The notes beneath the pieces were generated by a model. It did not search any database. It was not told the origin of the DNA and was given only the letters and a program-made list of their open reading frames with translations. From the NCBI GenBank assembly GCA_000934665.2, contig KZ538129.1:1-64000 (forward strand): a DNA stretch of 64,000 nt. Reading direction: 5' to 3'. The position numbers were made by a program, and so were the translations under genes. Positions within the stretch are counted from its first letter, which is position 1. Each line of letters starts with the position of its first letter. Source of the DNA: Catajapyx aquilonaris. Its lineage: Eukaryota. This document shows, one piece after another, positions 40,045-51,300 of this stretch.

Positions 40045-43000
40045 GTGAGTGCACGACCCCGGGTCAAACCCACCCCCACATCTTCCCATCCACGTGGCGC
40101 CTCCCTAACCGAGTTTTTCCTTGTAAATGTCAAAACGACATTTAATATTTGAAGACTTGTCAAGGGAGGGCAACAAAAAAAAAATGATTTTTATGAATAA
40201 TTGGTTGATGACGTCACGTTGCTTGGCCCGCCACCTGTGAATTTTTATTTTGGAGAAATCCAAGATGGAGGCTGGTGCTATAGGGTGACGCTAGGTCCCT
40301 CCCACCTCACCTTTAGAGCGTAAGTGGCTGGGCACCCCTGGAGAACTCTATTCACAACCTGCCTCATTTATCACTCTTGGCATGGCAGGAAAAGAGCGAT
40401 ATTTTGCCTCCCCCCTTCCCTCCCTCCCTCTCCATCCCCCACCCCTGCCTGCCTTTATCGGGCGCATATTTGGGAACGGGTCGATAATTTTTGCAGACGG
40501 GTCAGGCCCATGTCGATTACTGGATCCTCCCCATGGCCTCTCCTTTTCAAAACTTGTTATTGCCAATGGAGGACCCCGTATTATAATAGGGGGGGCCTAA
40601 GTGCCGCATACAGACTCTTTTCCGGTAGTATGCCCTGTATGATTTGCCAGAATTAATGGAGGAAGTGGTCCGGAAAATGTCGGTTTCATTAATGTTATTT
40701 CCAGATCTAGTTGTAGTTATTGGGCATCGTTCGGTGGCAGCCATACCAATAGGCCTATTGGTTTGACAGAATAAGTGCAATGTGGAACCCACGAGCCTTT
40801 GCAGGAAAATTAATGTGGTCGTAGATATGATCTGTCCATATTGGGCATGCCGTATTATTCAGGAATAGTGCAGGATAGTGTGTACACTAGTGCGTTGAAG
40901 GAAAACACGTGCCTAATGACACCAACTGATATCTGAATGGCCAAAATTAGGGGTCCACTTATCCATGCCAAAAACAAAAAAAAAGTAGATGGGGGTTCTG
41001 AGTTGAGATAAGAACCCCCCAAAAAACTAAGCTTTGTAATATACATATTGTGTATTCTGTAAAATGAAAGATTGGATAAGACCTGACAGGTCGCGCGGAT
41101 GTGCATTGTGTTCCTGTCATTTATTGGCCAATCGAGCCGCCATGAGCCTGAGGGGGTCCGCGCAGACATTTTCGCCAACATTTGCTTGCAGCACGTCTTT
41201 TTGCGGAACAAATAGACAGGCTTAAACATGACTGGGGGTGGGGGAAGGGGAAGGCCTAACAATGACATAATTAAGGGCTATTAGAGTATTCAATCGGGCT
41301 CAAAAATGGTGCAATTATCCGGGGTTGGTAGCAAGCCGACCCGGATTGAAAATTCGTTTACAATGCCAGGTCGACCGTACGATATGGGTCATTACGAATT
41401 CATGGGCCGGTGCGTAGGCTGCGATGTCTTGTGCCACAATCAATGGGGGTATGGATCGCTTCTCAAATATGCGTCCCTTTTTCCTCTTGTAATTTGAGTT
41501 AGGGTGGGGGGTAGGGTGGGGTGGGGGGTAGAATCGACTTTTCTATATTGTTGTCATTTGGGCAGTGCGTCGCTGATTTCGGGACAGGGGCCCCCGGCAG
41601 TCAAATTGCAGGTTGTCATGCCCGTGACCGGCGCTTGTTTGCTGGAACGAAACCTGGTCGGGCTGCCAAGAAGCCACGCGACAATCCTTGCCCGGAAGGC
41701 TATTGTTGTTCTCCATTTGTATCGCGCATATAGGGTGCACCCGGTGGAAAGAACAAAACGGTTTTATGTTTCTGTTTTGCCTGTCATGGATTCCCCCCCC
41801 CCCNCCCCCCCCCAAGATTTGCACATTCCTGGAGTTATACAGGGATTCATTATGCATGGGCGCATGCATGTACTTTGAAGTATGCTGTCGGATTGAAAAT
41901 TGGAAGTATGTTGCAGTTGGCAGGTCAATTGTTGACCCCGGGTTTCTAAATTGAAAATCAAGTTGACGTGGGTTTGCTACTGCTTATCGTTATTGCATAG
42001 TGTATGGCCAGCGAAGATGGAGAATTACTAGATTATTCGTTTATGAAAGAATATTTCCTTGTGCAAAGAAATGAATCAGTGACAAATATTGTCAGTGGTA
42101 CAGGCGAACTTAGTTACATAAACTAAATTTTAAAGCCGTCCACGTTTACTGTTCCGGTAATATTAGAAATACAGCAACTGGGAAGTACATTCAGCAAAAT
42201 CTACTGTTATGCCTAGGTAGTAACAATGAACAATCCAAAGAAATCACAGATTTTATAGTTAGGTCAATTATTTATGATGAAACAACAAGCCCACAACCAC
42301 TCAAATGGCTTATTTGGAATTGTCTGTATTGGAACACCCTGTATACAAATAATGCGCAACTTGTGTTCATGTACACCTAATTATGCATATTCCTAAATAT
42401 GCAGTAGTATTTTGCATGAGAATGATTTTTACCCATAAAATTGCATACGCATTGACAAGTATTCCCGAACTTTGTAGCCGTGAAATGCCTACAGGGGTCT
42501 CTGGATACCCACCGGTCATCATCCTCGCAAAATATCCCGAGTTACGCCCCATTTTTAGCCCATTTTGGAGATGACCATCGGTTTTTTACGCCCCGCGCCC
42601 GGACTTATCGGCCCGCGATGCATCATTACGCCCAACCATGGGAATAGTCCGCAATTAGGAAAACTGAATTATAATAGTCGGCGTTGATACGTGAAGCCCA
42701 TACACTACTAATAAACACGGTCATTTAGATAAGCAGAGAAGCGGTCCCCGATTATGCGCCGTGTGGATGTAGCCGGGCGTGCGCGGGGTATCCAGGCGGG
42801 CGGAGTCTGCCTGCCTGTCCCGGCGCGTTGCCTTCCTTTTTCCCCTCGGTGTTTCCAGCGAGGCCTTTTCGTCGCTGGGTGCCCGACCCGACCACTCCCA
42901 GGCCATGTCTCTAACGCAGGCTCCATGCCGTTGCTCCTCCCAGATGCTGCTGTTCTTCAGGTTGACAAAAAGAGACAGTGGGTAGAAGCGCTTGGGGTGG

Positions 43001-45034
43001 CGGGTGATGGAACTGGCCGGTCGCTTAATCAGGATGGACGTGGAGGAGAGTGGGATTTATTGCCATCGCCTAGGAACATGCGAGTACCACGGTGTCGCCC
43101 ACTCAGACGCGTACCCCTCAAATTCAATTTTGGGAGCCTCGCTGGATTTGCAGGGGTTGTCGCCGACGAATTATGCATGGAGGGCCTTGACTTGTGGTGG
43201 ATGGCCATCTCTAGGGGTTGTCTATAGTTTTAGAGAGAAAAGATGCGGACAGTTCGCTAGGAAGCCGGCAATGTCGCTGCTTTCCCAAGACGTTCCAAGT
43301 AATTGTTTTCCTTATCTGGCACACGTTTTGAGAAACAAAAATATGGCTGGGAGCACTTAAGCCGAGTACACTTGAGGCCGTCGTCTGAGAAAGTACCAAA
43401 GTTTGTTTCAGGCTGGATAAAAAAAAAAGGAAGAAGACATGACAAAAATCTTGGTGGAAAAGTTTTCTTTGTCTCCCTTCTCAGTTTCCCTTGTGGTGTG
43501 GCAACCCAGGCAATCAAGAGATTGAAGTGGGTCGGAGCGGGGGTGGATGGGTACAGACTGACTGACTATATATGGAGGGAGGCTCGCATTTGATTGGAGA
43601 TTTCCTCTGACCAGCATTTAGCTAAGAGATGTTTGGACCCTCGTGATGGATGCGCTGCCCCCTCCAGGGACCCCCAAGCCTCATCTAGGCAAGAGTCTGG
43701 TCTCTCTGTTTTTTTGTAGGACGTGCTTTTTTTTGTCCGGTGTTTTAGTGACCGTGATGTAGAGCTCGGGGAAAACAAATCTATAGGATGGGGTTGACTT
43801 TTTGATTTGAATTGGCTGACTTGCTCGGAGCGGGTGAAATTAGGAACGTGCAGGTGTCTTATTGGCTGGGTTTTTTGACATTTCCAAAATAGGTCAATTT
43901 ACTCTTATTAATCCCGATGATAAGATATGGTGGCCGCTTCGCTCGTTGACTCTATAGTTGCACAGTTAGCTCATAATTACATGAGTATTGTTTTCAGCTG
44001 TTACGGTGCAGTGAGTTTTCGTGTAGCTGTTATTACCTGTCAGTTATTTTGTACACTTCACAACAAAACAAGGATATGCCTATATTCGTGCAATTAAGGG
44101 CAGCCAATGATAAGTTTTTCCACTATGAATAAGCCTTGTTTGACTCTAATGTACTGGTACGTATAATGTTTGCTGCTTTGTTCGTCTCTTACCTAATATT
44201 TTGGCTAAACAGTGCAATTATAACGGACATTGAACTATTATAATGTCTGTAGTAAAAATTAATTGTCTTAAAGTAGTCAAGTTTTTATTCAGTTATTCTA
44301 TCAGGTGCTAGGCATTTCTAGTAAGCCAAGATGGCGCCAGCTAGAGTCAGCTACGGTTATTTACAAGCCACGCTTAAGCATTAACGTGGTTTTACATCAG
44401 AGCCCTGATTTTGATGTCGCATTAATTGGATGACTCCCGGTAGTAAAAATTATTGGTGCTAAGCACATTAATGAAGACGGCTCACAAGGCTCCATAAACA
44501 TGTCATTGTTGCTATCGAATTTTATTGTGAGCAAGTCGAGCCGTGTAAGACCTCGTCAAAAAACCCAGAGTTGAATTGAAAAACCGACTTTGAAGTGACA
44601 GTCCTTATTTATGGACTTCCGACGCGTGTCTTTATTTTTGATCAACCTTTTTTGCATATGATTTTGTGCCGAGGGCGTGTATGGCATCCAACACAGTTAA
44701 CCCACACCAGGGTCTGGGGTAATGCGACCTCTGATGTGTACAGGCTGCGGGGAAATATGAAACCCCGCGGAATTGTGATGTAGCCGCCTTCACCCTAATT
44801 GGATGGCTGTCAAAAAGTTTTATAATTGAAATGGCTTTGACACAGGGTTTTCCCGCTCTTTGAAGTTTCCACAGCTAATACGAGTCGGGGATCTCAAACG
44901 CGCCGGATTAAGTTGCACTCAGAGTGGTTTAAAAGCGGATTAAATGTAACTAGGGACATAGGGGCTTGATTGACAGTGTTTGCCGCAGCTATCACGGCCA
45001 GTTGAAGGAGAAAGGCCGGCAACCACTATCAAAT

Positions 45035-45372
45035 ATCCAAGGTTTAAACCAGTTGAAGGCCTTGAATCAAACCTTCGTCAATGTCAAGGGCTTTGAACCA
45101 CTTGAATCCAAGGAAACCATTTCATGGCTTTGAATCAAACCCTTTAATGGCGACGGCAGTGTCAAGGACTTTCAAGCCCTTGAAGTCAAGGAAACCATTT
45201 GATCAAACAGCTTGAATTACAGTCACTTCAAGGCTTTCATCAAGACAATTTTGAAGGCATGCTGGCAAAGTGGTTGAAAGTCCACTTGAATTCAAGGAAA
45301 CCATTTGAAGCCCTTGAATCAAACCCTTGAACAGCTTGAATTAAAGGCGCTTCAAGGCTTTGGTTCAAGACG
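45035..45372. repeat. Degenerate repeat array of TTGAA/TCAAG modules
   Basis: caaggaaaccattt occurs 3 times, ttgaatcaaacc 3 times, acagcttgaatta twice and cttcaaggcttt twice. Confidence 0.85.
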
Positions 45373-48300
45373 AATTTAAAGATGGCCATTATGGTAGGCA
45401 TGGTCGTTCTGAGCCCTGTTGTTGGATGGTCTCTGAGAAGGCAATGAAGCGTAGCAGGCTGGGAAGGTGATGGTGGCCCCGAGGCGGTTGCTTAGGCGTG
45501 GAATGCGAGTGGACTCGAAGCCACCAGAGTCGTTAGGAAGCTTCACATTGATGGGAATTAATTGAACGGGCGAGATCAAAAACCTCAAACCCAGGAGGAA
45601 TCGGTACCCCTTAAAAAAAACAGGCAACCAGGCGATAATGGTGATCCCTGCCAACAATTGCGGTTCCCAAATGCACACAGCACCGTCGCCTCCCTTTAAA
45701 AAAAGAGACATCTGAAAGGCTGTCCAAACAAGAGAAACAAGCCATTGAGACCTGTTCCCATCTCCCATGCCTTTACGCAGGAAAAGCAGGGAAAAAACGG
45801 CCACTTGAGAGGTCTATTGGGGAGCTCTGAATGGGCCTCTTTGACTTCCCCTCCTGTTGGGGAAGTCATTCGGTGATTGCGGCGGCCATCATGACCTTGA
45901 CGCAACTCTGTTTGCTTGTGGATTGTTGGTCCAAGTGCGATACAGGCGCTATCTGCAGATTGCAGCCATTTATTCAGCGTCTTATACATTATGCTGGGGT
46001 GGGTGTGGACACTTGGGCCGGTTATAAATCAAGTTTGCGGGCCGGGGTAAAGGGTTTGGGCGGAGCTGCTACATGTGCTCGTTACCGGCTCCGTGCCGAA
46101 CCAGCCGAAAGACACAATGCGGGGTGAGCTGGGTAAAAAATTGCGCCCCGGTGTCTGTCGCAGCCCGAACGGCAGTCCAGATAGGCCAGGCTGATAAAAT
46201 ACCTGTTTGGTCCTGCATCGCTTGTCTCCAGCCCTTTTTCTTCTTTTTCCCATCCGGAGGACTGGGGTCCAGTGTCAACCCGGTTTTTTTTTGTAGGACC
46301 CCAGATTCCAGAGAGGCATGTAGTTTTATAGTCTGATATGTTTCTAGTTGCGCAAGATGGCACCAGGGCGCCAAGGGTGGCAGCAGTATGTCGTGGTAAA
46401 TACGGTTAGCGACAGGTGCTGGAGAGGAGAAGGAATGCCATGCGTATATCACACGGCAACTGTGTACGTGTTGTCTGGCATGGGAGCCAAAAGCCAAAAA
46501 AGTGAGTGTCTCGACACGTCGCTGTGACCCGCGCACGTCCCATTTCGTCTGTTCCCCTTCCTTCTTTTCTTAAACCAGAGCTGTCCGATGGCAATCTTGG
46601 CGCGAGCCATGAACGCTTGCATGATTTTGTCAGGCATTTATAGCGTAAGCAAACAAAACATGGCCACTGCTCGTGAAATTAGGCTTGGAGACGCGCATCC
46701 TAATCTGCCATGTGATCAACCTCGTGCCACAACCCTCTTCTTTATGGAACGGTTTAGCTGCAAAATTGAGCCAGACACATAATGGCGGATAAAAAGTATC
46801 GCCACCTCGAAATTTGTCACACCTTTAGCCAGGCCCAAGATGGCGGCCCCCATCTTCTTCTTAGATAAGGCAAGGGGTGTGACAGAGCGCGGCAACCACA
46901 AGCCCATTGCCACTTGGGTCGTGTTGCTTGCACATGATGGGGGAAGACTTTTTTTCTTCTTCTTCAGAGGGGGGTGTCTGTTGGGATGGGGGAGACGACA
47001 AAAACCTGGCTGCCAACCCACATGAGGAGATGCCTCTACACGCCCCGTCTGGGCTAAGAATAGGCGGCCTACTATGAGAGATGGGATCTTAATCCGAACC
47101 CGCCATTTTTGTAGCCTGCTTGGGACCAGGGGGATCAAGTGTGCTGCAGGTCCTACTCACCAGGACCATCTCATTAGAACCACCCTCATATGTGTGGGCA
47201 GCCAAAACACACTGGCGCGGGTGCCCGGCCTCATATAAATACAGTCAGTATGTGGCATCCCGTCGGAGCAACCGCGAAGACGTAAAGTGGGAGAGAAATA
47301 GCATTGTAAATCTCAATCCCTTCCGAGATGTATCACGCTTGTGTTGGCTGAGGAAAGAGCGCGTTTCTGGCGAGCTGGCCCAGCCGATAATGACGCCTAT
47401 TGTCTTCGGCCGGACGAGTAATACCGTCTGGCGGCGGCCTAATAAATCTCCCTCCATATTGGTTGGCAACAGGTTACAGATTTACTTGCATTTAAATGGC
47501 TGCGCATTAGGACCGAATTCCGGCCGTCGTTGTGTCTGGCAATGACGGAAAAGGTGCGTTTGCTTTGCAAGGGCCCTGAGGGGAGAGGGTACACAAGAAT
47601 TCCAGGGCGCTGGCAGGGGGCTGCCACTGTCAAAAATAGTGCTGGGGATGACTTCCCCCTTCTCGGCATGGTTTGCGGATTTTTCTTCCGTGCCTACTGA
47701 GCCTCGTCATTTCACGCCAGCCTGTATCAGCAGGTTGATTTAATGCACCGTGTAAGGCTGAAAGTGTAAATAAACTAGGCCAGGTTTCGAGATTTTCTTC
47801 TTTTTTTTCTGGGAGGTCCTGGTCCCCATCGATTGTTCCAGGGACTGAGGCTCCCAAAACAGTAAATTCAGGTTCCTTTTCATCCGAAGCTGGAACATAG
47901 AGAGGCTCCGGTTGGCCGTCCCTTCCTCCGCCCTTATCCAGCCCTTCCTCTCTCCGGATTAAAAAGCCTGGAGGAGAAAGAAATATCCTGGACCAGAAGA
48001 GCCATAAATCTCCGCCCGATTTTTTTTTTACCCCCTCTCGGCTCGGAGCGAAATTCGGGCTTTTTCTTGGGTTGGTCTGGCCCGCCTCTTCAGAGTGTGT
48101 ACAAAATGGCTGCCTGAACTGACATGGCCGGAACCTGAGCAGCTGACTGACATGGAGGAAGATGGCGGCCGGCAGATGGAAATGGTGGCTGAGCACCTGA
48201 CATGGCCGCTAAGCCACTTGGAAAGTTGCGTGCGAGCTGTTAAATAGGGGGAAAAGGGTGGATTATCGCACACTTGAAGCGGCAGCCATGGCTGTAAACA

Positions 48301-51300
48301 AATTGTGTGGGCATCGGATGGGATGCGTCAGAGCCCCTCACCTTTGTTTATGAGACGAGCTTGTAAGTTTGGCTTGGGGACAACGTGCTGGCAGTAACCC
48401 CAATGGGGTCACGGCGGCCCTTTTTCTTTTTGGGCTTGAATGAGGCTGAAAGTGCGCCAGCTTGGCGCCCTGCTGAGGTGTTGATTTGATCGTAAACAAA
48501 TATGCTTCGCCACATGTGTGGGACTTCAATCATTCCTGAAAACCCATGCCTCACAGCCCTTTTAAAAAATTTGGACGAGAAAGATGGCGGTGGCCAGTCT
48601 AGGCGACATTGGATGACCAAGATGGCGCCCAGCGCAGCTGACACTATACGACCAATATGGCGCCGTGAATGGTGCTCCTTGAGATATGTGGAGCTGCAGG
48701 GAGCACCATCTAGAATGGGGGGGAAAAAATGGCAGATTTGAAGCCGAGAAGGAACGATAACCGACACTGCCGGAGGGGGAAATGTCACCTCTTGCGGGCT
48801 TGAATTTGCATTCACGGGCCATGTGCATTGAGGAGAGAAATCACTTAGCCCCCGGGGGGTCGAGCCCGTTTCTTCGTGCTGTTTTATAGAGCATTATCAT
48901 TTTATTGACTCCAAATAGCTTGTAAAATGGCGAGAATTCGCGGGGCTGTCGCGGGGAAGAAGATGCGAGTGTCACAACGGCCTCGTTCGGGCCGATAATA
49001 GCATGTAATGGGGCCAGGCAGCATCCCTGCGAAAAAGAAGTGCGGAACACTCGTTTTCTGAGGGCTGGAAGGCGACACTAGAATTTTTATTTGGCATTTC
49101 AGGGAGCCACTGTCACTGTTGGAGAGAGTACCGGAAGTCAGGCACCAATAGTTCCGGTGCTAACTTGGCTTCGCGATTGGTTCAACCTGCTTTTACTGAA
49201 GTGTCGTCGGTTGTGATTGGTTAAAAAAAGTGCTGGAGCAACGGGGCAGATTGAGAAGACTTGTATCTTATTGTGCACTGCAGGGTGCCGCATGACTCCA
49301 GCCACCAGGTCGAAGGTTGTCAGAATCAGAACGGGCCGATGGAACCACTCAATTTGGAAGGTGCCAAAAAAAAAAAGATTAGGGGGCCTTGGATGAAGTC
49401 CTTACACTGCTGCATCCCTTGATTTATTGCCTCCTCTTGTTTGGAATGTGGATAAGCATTGGGTTGATAATCCATCCGCACGTCGTATATTCAGTTGCAC
49501 CCTCAGCCAAAGGAAAAACACTTGTGTTGATGTGTGCAGAGTATGAATATTGGGCCTATGCCTAAATATAATATTGGTTGGTAGAGCCGAGCACATGCCG
49601 TTCTAAGTCTGTCGAGGACCACCCTGCATGAGGATAGGTGGGGAACAAGGCTCCACCGTTTTTAATGGTGACTGCTGCCTCGGATGGGTGGTTCTTCTGG
49701 AAGGGCGCCATGTTTGAAACCATTTCCTTGACAGGGATGACCAAGAAGAGTCATGCTAACAACCTCGTTAGCATCAGGCTGGATGGAATAGTGGGTAGGC
49801 AGGGATGGAACCGGACAGGTATATAGACTCAGTTTTTTGGGAGAGGAATAATCCAGCGTAGAAATCCGGATTTGACAGCTGTGCGTTGTTAGTGGTTGGA
49901 AGCTACAAGTCGAGAGCCCGGGTTGGAAATTTGCGGGCTGCACGGCTGGCTTGTAGGAAAAGTTTTGCTGATGCCATCATTAATTCATAAAGCAGGCCGC
50001 CTGATGTCGGTGTCGGACCAAATCCCAAACCTGCAGTCTCTGCAGGGACGCCGCCGCTTCTCTAAAGGGCTTTCGAGTTTCTGTGGCCTCATAAATGAGG
50101 GATAAATCCACAGGTTTCTATCAAGTCAAATCGAGGTGCTGCTGAATAAGTCAAGTCGCGCAGGGGCACCCTGTAGCAGCCAGGGGAAAACCTCCAGAGC
50201 ATTTGTGCCCACTCTGTCTAATGGCTGGCTTCGCACTGGGGTAAACTTCCCCTAGAAACAATTTAATGGAATCTGGAGCTAGGGACCATTAAAATGAAAT
50301 ACGGTTCGGTTGGATCGGATCAATCTCAACCGGAGTATTTGCCAAGAATCGAAAGCGGCAGGATTGTTCGGCACTATTTTAACACCCACACCCCATAGGA
50401 GATGGATCTATCCCAAGTTTTGTTCTGACATAACACCCAGCTCGATATCTGCTCTTATGTGTAGCTCCAAATGGGCGGTGACTAAGGTCTGACCCCCCAT
50501 GGTAGTCATCTCTGGGTGTTTGTTATTCCTTTGGAAGACCTTCCTTTATCAGGAACTTGACACTATGTTTGGCATATTAAATAATGTGGGTGGCCAGCTT
50601 ACACGTTCCCTCCTTCGCATCAAATATTCAAACCTTAATACAATATCCCCCCTCCTCTCTCTCGGTACTACCCCCGTCCTTTTATTATCTGCTAATGTCG
50701 CATGGTAGTATGAAATTTTATGAATAGGTAATGCCATTGATTTTAATATCCGGCAGGGTGGAGGCGACGGGCCGTGTAAGAGGAAGGGATTAGGTCGATC
50801 AGAAGGGAAGCTGCATGCAATCAGCTGGAAACAGAACATAACAACCGTCCGCCATTGCCATTTTCCCCGCAGACATCTTAGTCGCCCCAGCCAAAGTAGG
50901 CATAAATCACAGGGACAAATTTGATTACCATGCATCAACCACGATAAGGGATCCGGAGGAAAAGTCGTATCTGCATTGTTGAAAATGGGGGTGGTTGACA
51001 GGATATCCCTAGGTATATGTGAAAATAGTATTCCCAGCAGCCCGTTGTCATTCCCCCTTGGTACTCGAGCTTGTTGAAGTCGTGCCCATGTCATTCCCAA
51101 CTGCTGCCTGCATCATTGAAGGCCCTCTCTCCATTGAGGGCCAAACGGTGTTGCCAAATCAGGCGATTGCCCTTTAAGCTTGGCCAATAATAAGAGGAGG
51201 ACTCGATTTGTTTGTTGTGGTTGGGACTATCTGGAGCATGTGCAGGACTGAGTATGTGGCGGGCTGTCAGAGAGGGTGACGTGGACGGGACAAAAGGCGG

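Noticed and set aside
48646..48680. ORF peptide RPIWRREWCS, loosely like a Drosophila Hth alternative linker segment as I recall it
   Set aside because: It is in the wrong position (upstream of exon 7), has no convincing splice sites, and the match is short.
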